Part shown: positions 1 through 13,241 of the stretch, one piece after another
How positions within the stretch are numbered: position 1 is the first letter of the stretch
Layout: the number at the start of each line of letters is the position of its first letter
DNA from: Geosiphon pyriformis uo1
Taxonomy: Eukaryota > Fungi > Glomeromycota
Assembly: GCA_016748015.1 (NCBI GenBank)
Contig: JAAOMT010000659.1
Span: 375,222-439,221, forward strand
Length of the DNA: 64,000 nucleotides
Direction: 5' to 3'
The notes under the pieces: generated by a model
Told to the model about the DNA's origin: nothing
What the model saw: the letters and a program-made list of their open reading frames with translations, nothing else
Databases searched by the model: none
Position numbers and translations under genes: made by a program

Positions 1-1
1 C

Positions 2-223
2 GATTCGGGCTATTTCACCTTAGTCATGTTGTGGCAAGAGGATGGAAATGACATGATCAAGGATCGGAGGATTAAGCTAAATAAAGTCACTGCGTCGCCT
101 GGTGGTGGACCTAATCCAGCCTTGAGTAATGCCAATAAGTCTCCCGCATCTAGGATTTCTGTAAAGATTGTCAGTTTATTTTCTGCTCTCTTTATTTTCC
201 ACTTTTTTGCTTCTTGGTTATAA
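2..223 (+). CDS. 3' end of a probable GPI-anchored/cell-surface protein (gene starts upstream of the window)
   Basis: Open frame from base 2 (DSGYFTLVMLWQEDG...) ends in a small-residue spacer (SNANKSPAS) and a terminal hydrophobic tail (ISVKIVSLFSALFIFHFFASWL*), typical of a GPI signal. Confidence 0.55.
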   Translation, partial: DSGYFTLVMLWQEDGNDMIKDRRIKLNKVTASPGGGPNPALSNANKSPASRISVKIVSLFSALFIFHFFASWL

Positions 224-582
224 TTGCTCACTTTAAAAAAAAAATGGAGATATTTTGATATAATTCCTCAAGTTTAAAGTTAAAATATTCATATTATATT
301 GATTGCCTGTATTTTATGTATCTTCTATGTCTCATAAGTAGCCGGCGAGTATAATAACAGAGCAGCAAACCGCAACTCATAATCATTTCACTACTCCCCA
401 TTTATTCTTGAAATTTCAGCCATCGATTTTTTTGGAAATGATTACTAAACGAAAAAGTCCTCAGTCAACCAGCTGGCTGGAAAAGGGTTCAGAGAGAAAT
501 AAAAGTCAAAAGTGAACTCTGGATCGATATAACTAAAATGGTAGCACTCCTAAAGGAGATAAGGGCCCACCACAGAACTTCT

Positions 583-1093
583 TTATTTTTTGGTACTGTT
601 CTTGATCTTTTTCAATTCTTTTTTGAGAGATGCAGCTTCTTCTAAAAAATAGCCGGGAAACATGAATTCCTAAATAACATTCAATGGATGAAAAAAATTT
701 CAGGTTGTCTTGATAAATACTCCTTTTCTGGGTAACCAGTTCAAGTTTGTTCTTGACAACAAGAAAAATGTTGCTGTTGTCTGTTACTTGACGGTATATT
801 TTCTAGCAAAAAAAGAGAATTCAAGGTATCAAACTAAGTGATTAACAATTTAGCAAAAAAAATCAATAGAAAACTCACTGCTTTCGGATGCAGTGTTTCA
901 AGTTCCCCATCAAGCACATCTAATTCATGAATCTATTTGAGGGGTGATAAAAAATATTTTCAGGTTTGAACTTTTAGTGCTTATAACTTTTGGGAAAAAA
1001 ATTCATGAATCGATGACGCAGTGAAAAGTTCAAAACCTCTTTCTCAAGTTGAGCTAGTGTTGATTTCTTGAATTGTGCTTCTAGGGACTCCAT
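583..1093 (-). CDS. ASDURF: ASDURF-like beta-prefoldin micro-protein (83 aa, 4 exons)
   Basis: Exons 1093-1037, 932-879, 802-721, 641-583 with GT..AG introns and matching phases give MESLEAQFKKSTLAQLEKEIHELDVLDGELETLHPKAKIYRQVTDNSNIFLVVKNKLELVTQKRKEAASLKKELKKIKNSTKK*. Helix-hairpin-helix layout; KIYRQVTDNSNIFL resembles the ASDURF hairpin KVYRQQQNSNIFFL as I recall it. Confidence 0.7.
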
Positions 1094-3839
1094 CTTTGAA
1101 GGAAGTAACGAAATTTAGAAATGGACAAATTAGGATATTGGAGAGCTTTAAATATCAAAACAAATAAAAAGTGTTGATTTGAAATCAATTAAAAATACAA
1201 ATTTCATAATCTGTGAACAATAAAAATTCACATGATTTCGAGTAATAAAGCTGTTGCGAACATAAGTATTTTTAATTCAGGCTCAAGTATTTAAATAAAA
1301 ATGTTTATAATAAAAGTTAAAAAGCATATTCATCTTGTTATAATTAACATTCGGCTTAAATCTAAAATTGATTAAAAAATCTGTTAATATAATCAAAATT
1401 ATCAGCAAGTCTTAAAAATTAATGTTTAATAATTAAAATGCAATGTAAATAGTTTTGATTATATACTTGATTTGTGAAATTTTAAATGTATACAATTAAA
1501 TTGTTTAATTTTAATATAATATTTATTATTGTGTTTATTTGTGTTAAAATTCAGTAATCTAAATTTTTAAAAATAAATTTACACAAATCAAAAAATTTAA
1601 GTTTGTATTTATTAAACACAAATGAATAAAAATTTTGCAAATTTATAAATTATTTTATTTATTATATAAAATATATTATACTCTTTTATTTTATAATTAA
1701 AACTAAAATAAAAAGCAAAAAAAAAATAATCACTATTTTTTTTAGTTTTTAACAGTATAACTACTGAAAAAATTGTTTTAACTGTAAAAACAACTAAATA
1801 ATGCTTTATAAAAATGTTTTTTTTTAAATCATACAGACATAAAGTAATTTTTAATGCTAAAAAAATATTTTTTTTAGTTTTAAATAAAAGTTTTTTTATT
1901 CAAAAAATTTTTAAATTAACATATTAAAAATAGTCTTAATATTGTTATTATTGTTTAAATAATAATAAAAACCAAAGTATTTAAAAAATAATTATCTTTT
2001 TTCAAAAATCTAAAATAAACATTTTTGAAATATTAAAAAATAATATTTTTTTGGTGTTTTTTAAAGTGTTTTTTTTTACTTTAAAGTCTATTTTTTTAAT
2101 TTTTTTAATGCTTTCTTAATTATAATATTCAATTTAATTTTAATTATAAACAATAATCTTTTTTTATTTTAAATAATTATAATATATTTGCCAAATTTAA
2201 TTTTAAATTAACAATTAGCTATATTGTATTTATAAATTAAGCTGTTTAATTTTTTATTTTGTTGTATTGTCTTTAAAATTAATAATATAATTATTTAAAT
2301 TTATAATTAAACTTGTTTTATTTTTTAATTTAATTATTAACTTGCTTAAAATTTTTAATCAATTTAAAAATACATATAAAACTTATTTTTTAAATATTTA
2401 TAATATAAATAGTTAATCAATTATAATTGGTTTTAATAAATTGTATTAAATATAAAGTATATAAAAATAAAATAAATTTAAATATTTAAGTATATTTATA
2501 ATAAAATTAATACTTAAATAAAACAAAAACAATAATTTTTTATATTTGTTAATTAAGTAATATTTTTAAAAAAAAGTTAAAAGCTACTTATTTAAAAAAT
2601 TGTAATAATTAGTAATATTTTTAAAAAACATAATAATAATATATTAATAAAAAATATTGTTTTTGGTTTTTTTATGTTGTTAAAATAAGTTTATTGTTTA
2701 TTTTTTAGTTTTTTATAATCATGTAANNNNNNNNNNNNNNNNNNNNAAACTTGTTTTATTTTTTAATTTAATTATTAACTTGCTTAAAATTTTTAATCAA
2801 TTTAAAAATACATATAAAACTTATTTTTTAAATATTTATAATATAAATAGTTAATCAATTATAATTGGTTTTAATAAATTGTATTAAATATAAAGTATAT
2901 AAAAATAAAATAAATTTAAATATTTAAGTATATTTATAATAAAATTAATACTTAAATAAAACAAAAACAATAATTTTTTATATTTGTTAATTAAGTAATA
3001 TTTTTAAAAAAAAGTTAAAAGCTACTTATTTAAAAAATTGTAATAATTAGTAATATTTTTAAAAAACATAATAATAATATATTAATAAAAAATATTGTTT
3101 TTGGTTTTTTTATGTTGTTAAAATAAGTTTATTGTTTATTTTTTAGTTTTTTATAATCATGTAAAAGTTAAAAAAAAAAATAACTTTGGTTTTTATTTTA
3201 TTAACTTAATTTTTGTAATTAAATAACATATTAATAAAAATTAACCAAATTATGTTAAATAATATAGCTAAATATTAATTTAAATTAAATTTGGCAAATA
3301 TATTATTGCTATTATTTTTGAAAATAAAATTATGTATTATAATTAATATTAATATAATAAGTTAATAAAAATACTAAAAAAACTAAAGTTATATTTTAAA
3401 AAATATTAAAAAATATTGTTTTTTATTGTTTTAGTTTTTATATATATTTAAATAGCAAATAAAATCAACAATAAAAAATAATAGCTTTATTATTAATTTA
3501 TAATTAAAAATTTTAAAACTTTTATAATAATAAAAATTACATTAAAACTGTTTTTAATATATTATTTTAAAATTATTATTTAAAGTCTAAAATAATGTTT
3601 TTTAACAATTAAAATTTATTTTATATTTGTATTATTTAAAAAAAAAATTTGTAAAAGTTAATATATATGTAATTTTAATAATTATATATTTTTAAATTTA
3701 TTATTATATATAATTTTGTATTATATATTAATAAATATATAACAATTTAATAAAATAAACAAGATAAAAAATTAAATATAACTTATATTTTTTTATTTTT
3801 TTATTAAAAATTATTTTGTTTTTTGTTTTTTTAATTTAT

Positions 3840-5100
3840 GATCATAATTAAAGCAAAAAGTAAAAAAGCTATATTTAATATTTTTTTTAGGATATTTAAT
3901 AAAGTTTTAACCAAAAAAGTTTTTTCTGTTATAGAAACAGTTAAGCAAAATATCTTAAAAGCTTTCTTTTTAAATAATAATAGTAAAAAACTGCTTTTTA
4001 CCAGTTAAAATTTTTTTAAAAAAACATATTTAAGTTAATTTCAGTATTGTTTCTACTTTTATTAAGAGCTTAAAAGTTTTTAATAGTAAATTAGTTAACA
4101 AATTAGTTTTTTAATCATTGCTGTTATACTTGATATTATTAGCACCACTTTTTTAAAAATAATTAAAAAAGCCAAAGATTTTAAAAAGTAGAAGCAATTA
4201 CTTGTTTTTGCTATTGTTATACCAAAATTTTTTATAGTTTCAAATAAAATCTTAGATGAAATTTTTATTATATTATTCAAAATAAACCAAGATTAATTAT
4301 TGACTATGTTGCCAAATATAATATCTTCTAGCAAATTTTTGTTGATTTTAAAAGCAAATAATAATTTCTTGTTAAATTACTTGTTTTTAAAAACTGGACT
4401 GACTAAATAAAAACTGATTTATTATTATTTTCTCTGGTTTTTAATACTACTGCTAATAGCACTTGAAAAATTATTACTAATTATTAAAAGTTTATTGAAT
4501 AAATGGTTTTTATTTTGGTATTTAATACAATTTTTAAAGTTAAATTGGTTTATATTAAGACTGTTTTCTAGTCTGTACATGGTTTTTTAAGTACAAAGTT
4601 AATATTAAAAGATAATATCAAGTTTTTTTGTATGAAGTTTGTTTCTTAAAAGTTTTTAAAAACTGCTTTTTTGGTTGAATTTACAAACTTTAGTTGTTTG
4701 ACTATTCTTAAAATTGTTAAGTTTTTGGTGGTTTTTGAGTTTGGTTTTTTTTCTGCTGTTATTGTATTGTGTAATATATTTTTAAGTATATTTGTTGTTA
4801 ATGTTGAGATAGTTTTTAATGTATTTAGTAAAGTTTTTTATGTTGTGCTAAAATCTGTTAGTATTTAGTAATATGTAGTTGTTTATTTTAAGACTTTAGA
4901 TATTGCTGTATTTGCTTTAAAACACTAATCAGTTTTGTTAGACAAAAATAGTATTAGAATCTTTCTTTTTATAAATAAAAATAAGACTATTCTGTCTTAT
5001 AATAAGTTTAAAACCAAGTTAATCAATTTTTTTTAGCTGTATTGCTTATAAAATTAGTAATATAATTTCTCAAGTTGATAATTAAACTTGTTTTATTTTT
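3840..5100 (+). mobile_element. Decayed copy of dispersed repeat family X (probably retroelement-derived)
   Basis: Colinear with about 1740-2330, 8250-8990, 39590-42330 and 54700-55060 (+) and 6480-8215 (-); copies differ mostly by transitions. Confidence 0.65.
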
Positions 5101-5109
5101 TGCTTACTT

Positions 5110-6045
5110 GATTTTGGTTATTATTTTTGGTTTATTCTAATTATATTTGGCTTACAGAATAATTTGAATGCTGCTATTATTAAAACAAATACTTTGAAAA
5201 AGTATTATATCTTGTAAAAAACTTCTGAATATTAATATTGCTTTAATTATTAAAACTTGAATTATTTAGTCATTAATTATAAAGTGTTTTTATTTCTTTT
5301 TTCCAAAACTTTTAGAGCTTTTATGTCTTGTTTTATTGGTATCAAGTCTTATGTTAAGGCTGTTACTTCTGTATTTCTTTTAGTTTCTAGTTTTTTAATT
5401 AGTTTTACTCTTTTTGCTAATATAATAATTGATGTTTTTGTGATTTTTTTTCAGTTGGCTTCTTTGAAATCTAATTTGGTTAAGCTTTTTGCTTTGATTG
5501 AGTTTATTATTAAGCCAGTTAAATCTTTGATTATTGTGTTTAAACAATTTATTAATAGTAATTTGGTTTTAAGTAGTGTATTTGGTCTTAAAATTAATAA
5601 AATTTTAATACATATAAATATTTTTAATAAAACAGTTAATAAGTTAGAATAAGAGATAATTGCTTTAAAAACCAAGTATAATTATAAAAACATTGATATT
5701 TTTGGCTCTTATATAAGTTTGTTTGTACTTAATAATGATATATTTTTTAATTTGATATTATTATAAGAACATAAACTTATTAATATTAAAACTAATGCTT
5801 TAAAAATAGCCAAGTGGTTAATTAAATTAGTTAGTAATAATGTTATATTGTTTAAAATTATTTAAAAAATGTTTTTTTAAGTAAGTTTTCTTTTAAAATA
5901 TCAATATAGTATAGTTTGAACTAACTTAAATATTTGATTATATATAGAAAACATGTAAATCTTATTTAGCATTGAAATACTTAGTTTATTTTTAATTTCT
6001 AAATAGTAATTGGATCATATTTATTAAATATCTAATAAAAAAAAC
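5110..6045 (+). mobile_element. 5'-truncated ORF1-only (HAL1-like) non-autonomous non-LTR element
   Basis: Decayed CCHC knuckle at 5239-5280 (restores to CFNCQDLDHLAIDC), an SYVKA motif and a coiled-coil tail, then TAG (5907-5909) followed directly by the LINE 3' tail and AATAAA-poly(A). No ORF2. Confidence 0.6.
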
Positions 6046-6479
6046 ATATAATTCAATTATTATTTAATACAATAAATTAAATTAAATATAATTTATGTAT
6101 TTTTTATATATAATTAAATATAAATTTAATTTAAACTTAATTATATTAAATTAACAAAAAAAAATTTATTTAAAAAAATATTTTATATATAATTATAATT
6201 AATAACCTATTATTAATACTATTATTATTTATTTATTTAGTAATTTTATTTATATATGATTTAATATTAGCTAGTTAATATTCTTAAAAAGCCAATAATT
6301 AAATATAAGTATTTTTATTTAAAGTATTATTTAAATTATATTAAAATTATTTATATGACTAGTCTTAATATTAATTTTATTTTTATTTTTAATCAATTTT
6401 TATTAATTCTATTTAAAGATTTATTATAAATATTTATATTATTTTAAACTATAATAATTATATTTTTTAATTTTTTGTT

Positions 6480-8215
<1,736 letters not shown>

Positions 8216-8249
8216 TAAATATTAATATTATAAAATTGTCTTTAATAGT

Positions 8250-8990
8250 TTTTAATAGTTTTTTATTAGTTAAAATTTTTTTAAAAAACATATTTAAATT
8301 AATTTCAATATTGTTTTTATTTTTTTTAAGAACTTTAAAGTATTTAATAATAAGTTATTTAACAAATTAGTCTTTTTAATTTTTATTACTATTATTATTA
8401 CTACTATTTTGCAAATAACTAAAAAGATCAAAAAACAACAGCAGTTATTTGTGTTTACTATTATTATGCTAAATCTTTTTGCAGTTTTAGATAAAATTTT
8501 GGATAAAATTTTTATAATATTAATTAGCTTTTTTTTAATATAAATAAAAACAATATTAACATATTTTTTAAAATAATTATTAACTATTGTCAAAAATAAT
8601 GTTTTTTAATAGATTGTTATTAGTTTTAAAAACAAAACAAAACAAAACAAAATACATTTTTAAATATGTTTTTAATTAATTAACTTATTAAATTATCTAA
8701 TCTTAAAAATTAAACTAATTAAATATAAATTAAATCAATATCTTTTTTTTTGTTTTTTGGTACTATTTTTAATAATACTTAAAAAACAATTTTTTTTTAT
8801 TATTAAAAATTTTTTAAATAAATAGTTTTTATTTTTATGTTTGGTTTTATTTTTAAGATTAAATTGGTTTTGGTTAATTTTTTGTTTTATTTGCTGTTTG
8901 AATTTATTAAACTTAAGTTAGTTTTAAAAGACAATATTAAGTTGTTTTGTATAGATTTACTTTTGAAGTTTTTTTACTATTATTAAAATT
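8250..8990 (+). mobile_element. Decayed copy of repeat family X, head-to-head with the 6480-8215 copy
   Basis: Colinear with 4000-4650 and 40770-41470. Confidence 0.6.
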
Positions 8991-8999
8991 GTTATTAAT

Positions 9000-9245
9000 A
9001 ATTATGTGTTTTTAAATACACTTAAAATATCAAAGTTTTTTGTAATAATCTTTGCTTTATTTATAATTTTTAAGTTAAATTTCTTTTCAGTTTTTTTTAA
9101 TTTAATTTAGTAATATTTTAATATAAATTTAAATAATTAATTATGTGTAAAAAGTAAATAATTTATGTTTATTATAAAACATATATATTTTGTATTATAA
9201 ATTATAAAAAAATTTCACTTTATTAAAACATTAATATAAAAAAAT
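9000..9245 (+). mobile_element. Short 5'-truncated non-LTR insert carrying the shared LINE 3' tail
   Basis: ...AATTATGTGTAAAAAG...ATTAAAACATTAATATAAAAAA resembles the tails at 42660-42795 and 50643-50776. Confidence 0.45.
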
Positions 9246-10040
9246 TTAATTATTTAACTTAACTTTGTATATTTAAAAAAATGTTTAAACTTTTTTTAAA
9301 ACAATTATTTTAAAGCCAAAATTAATATTAGTCAAGATTTTATTTTTTAAAAGATTTAATTTTATTTTATATTTTTATTAATAATTAAAATTAAAACAAA
9401 AATTAACAAAAAAAAAAATCATAAAATTTAAAATCACAAAAAATAAATAAATATTTAATTAAATTATTAATTTAGTTAATTAACAATTTCAAGTTTGTTT
9501 ATTTTTAAATTTAAATAATTAAAAACCAAAAAAATAAATAAATTAAAAAAATAAATTTATTTTTAATTAAATTTTTATTTATAATTTAAGCTTAAAATTT
9601 ATTATTAATTATTACAAAACAATTAATAAGATCTAATTTTTTAATATAAATATTATTATAAGTAAATATATAAAATTATAATTTATAAGTTAATACTGTA
9701 ATTTAATAATATAATTTAAAAACTTTAATATATTTAAAGATTTTTAAAGTTGAGTTTTTTGTATAAAAAACAGATATTTAATTATTATTGACTTTAATTA
9801 ATAATAATTTAATTAATTTAATTTTATTAAACTTAAAAAACACAATAATTACAGCTTTTTTTAAAATATTAACCAAAATTTTCTTAATAACTTAAATAAA
9901 TATTTGTATATTTAAAATTAATATTTAAAACTAATTACTAATAAACATTTTTTTTTATAATTTATAATTTTTCTTAAAAAACTTTTTAATTAAAAAATAC
10001 AATTTTTATTAAATAAAAACAAAAAACAGGTTTATAAATA

Positions 10041-10073
<33 letters not shown>

Positions 10074-12136
10074 ATATATTAAAGTTTAAATTTTTTAAAA
10101 GATTATTATATTTTTAATAAAATTTATTTTAAATATTTAATTATAAAAGTATTATAATAAACTTTATTTATTAATTTAATTATTAACTTTTATGATATAT
10201 TTAAAAATTTAATAAAAACAGATTTAATATTTAATTAAAGTTCTTTATTATTATATATAATTGTTTTCATTGAAAAAAATCATTTTTTCATATATTATTT
10301 TAAAACAAAGTTGCTGAATTTAATATTATTATGTAACATTAAAAAGAATTTTGAAATTAAATTTTTTTATTTTTTTGTATTAAGTTTCAGATTACACTAA
10401 CTAGGTAATTTGTTTCAATAAAACTTTATTTATTTATTTATTTTTACATCATTATTATGAAATGCCTGCACAGCCAGATTCACGTGGCAAAGCTCAAGGG
10501 GATAACCTTAATATCGATTATGCACCTTGGGATTTCAACATTTTTCCGTAAGAAGGTTCTTAAAACCCAAAAAAAAAAAAAAAACCATCTAATTATAAGT
10601 GAAAGATTAGCTGAAATAGAGCTTGAATAAATTTTTGATTTAGGAGATATAAAAATAAGTTGCAGTTTCCAATTTGAATTTTTGTAAAACGAAATCCTAA
10701 ATTTAAATATTTTCACAACATCTTTCAACTTCGGACATAAATCACAATTCGTAAAAATGCTCAACGATTATTAGAGCCGAAAATGTGTTGCAGAATTTAT
10801 TTATTTATGGATTACTTTGCTTTAAAATGGATTGTCACAAAACATGCAAACAGTTACGCCTTTCTGAATTAAATTTTTGAAGATTGAAAATTATAACTCA
10901 GATTTATTTCGAATCTAGTTGAATTTGGGAAACAGGGATAATCCTATTTTCATTACGCTATGAAAGGAAAAACGTGATGCGATTATGCGTAGAAAATTTT
11001 TTTTCCCTTAGGATCTTCAACACACAAAATCTGGTTATAAAATGTGGTGCTTTGACGAGAAAATCAGATATCAGAATCAAAGGATTAAATAACTTTTTTC
11101 CTTGAAGATTGGGTGAAAAAAGTCAAACAAAAAACCAATGATTTTTAGGGAACACAAAATGCAAACACCTTTTAAGTAATAAAAGTATTTTTTATCATTA
11201 TAAATGAGATCGTCTGAACGCGTTGAGGTTCCGAAAAAATTTGTTTCGAGATTTAATTACTGATTTTTATTTTCCCTGGTACTCAAATTGGGCCGAGACT
11301 TATTTTTGAATACCCAATGTGTAACTTTCCCTATCCTAAAAAGTTTAATAACTAAAGAAAATGTCATTCTCAGGATTTTTACATAACCCAGTGTTACTAT
11401 TACCATCATATTTTCATCATTGATTCGTACATGATATAATTTTATATGTGTTAAATATATTTTTTTTGTATTCACGTTTCATCCTTACACGTACAGCATA
11501 AAATAAATGTCAAATTAGAAATCTTCAAAGATTATAGATCTACAGTTTGTAATTTTTTTTTGACAATGAAATACTTCAATAATGAAAACAACAAGCCTAT
11601 AAAATTTTTTTTTTTTGCATTATAAACATCAAATAATTAAAAGAAATTTAATTTGAAGGTGAACTTCTAAAAGTCGCGTTCAATTTTTGTGATATTCATG
11701 AATTTTTCCCAGGTAAAGGCATGATCTCTTATCAATTCTAATTCTGGTAATATTACAATTCCTGGAGTTTGAACTCGTTTCACGGATTCATGGGAATCTG
11801 AGTTTTTCAAAAAAAAAAAAAAAAAAAAGGATTTATCAACTTTTTTTGAAGATAGATTATTAATTCTCGATCGTTAAATAATTAATTTCTTTTTAATCTA
11901 CTCAACTAAGCCTCCCATTTTTTACTCTCTCAATTTCCCAAATAATGTAAAACTATCCTTTCCTTTTTAGGTTCAAAAAATTATTTATTATGAATTTTAA
12001 ACAATCGATACAATTTTCTTTCATCAGTTTAAAAAAATCTTTTCAACCTCAAAAAACCTTTGACGAGTTATTTATTTAGATTTCCAAAAAGGATTCCAAA
12101 AATTAAAAATGAATTAATTGATAATTTTCCAATCTT

Positions 12137-12169
<33 letters not shown>

Positions 12170-13000
12170 CTTTTCCAAGGAGAATTTTTGACAAGGAGTT
12201 TGTCATTGTGTAGGATTTAACCATTTTTGGGATTTATTATAGAATGAAACAGTTTGATCCAACCGTTTCAAATCACTCTTCAAACCTGATTTTAAATAAA
12301 ATCATTAGAAGATCGATTTAAAAATCACACCTTTTTACTAGGCAATTTAAAAGAGTTTAATTAATTGTCTTCCTACCTGAATTTATATTACCTTTGTAAC
12401 ATGTAATATCAGCGCCAAATGTCCTAGTCAATTCTTTTATAAAAACGCATGGTTCGAACATAGGGATAGCTTTGTTCCCCCAAGAGATTTTATATCAATA
12501 TTCTAAAGTAAAACGGTTAGTCTAATCGATTTACTGCAGGCTTTTTGTGGAATGTTACAAACAACCTCTGAATTGTAGAATAATAGAGTATTACAACTGT
12601 ACCGCTAACCTCATAAGAAAACCCTTCAAATTGACTTTACTGTTTCTGGTGGTTGGTTTCCTTTTAATTTATTTTGTGTTATTTTTTTTTTTCCTCACCT
12701 CAACCATTATTCTCTCTTTTATCGAAAGAATTATAAAATAAAAACCCCCCTCGATTACTTGAGTTTCGTTTTTGACGAAATATTTCAACTTTTATATTTT
12801 CTTCCTTTTAAAAAAAAAGGGTGCAGTTCGACTTGGGGCTCAATAACTAATATTAAAAACCTCAAAACTTTAAAGGAGCACCTTGTAAATAAACTTTCAA
12901 CAAAAAATAAATAATACTATTTTCATATTTCCATTCGCGGAAAAAGACCTTACTAAAGGAACGACAAAAAAACTTTCATTGAATTGTGTACCTTTTGAAT

Positions 13001-13201
13001 ATGGTAAAGGTCAACCTTCGATTTGGGAAAAATAAGAAGGGAGGACAAAATGAAACGGAAAATACTAGTCCAACGACAACACCTTTAACTACCATCGCTC
13101 CCTTCGAACTTCCAAAGCTAACTTTGGACCCTATTCGACCAGTTGGCCCTCCGGTGACAAAAGCTCAAGCATCCTTATCCAACAACAACAACAACAACAA
13201 C

Positions 13202-13241
<40 letters not shown>

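Noticed and set aside
10-231. Minus-strand 73-aa ORF as a possible ASNSD1 downstream of the ASDURF-like gene
   Set aside because: No MCGI-type amidotransferase start or similarity; the plus frame is the better coding candidate.
2309-3164. Exact 418-bp tandem duplication (2309-2726 and 2747-3164)
   Set aside because: The copies flank a 20-N gap and appear identical within heavily mutated DNA, so this is most likely an unmerged contig overlap.
10462-10547. Possible exon MPAQPDSRGKAQGDNLNIDYAPWDFNIF followed by GTAAG
   Set aside because: No in-phase downstream exons or recognisable homology could be assembled.
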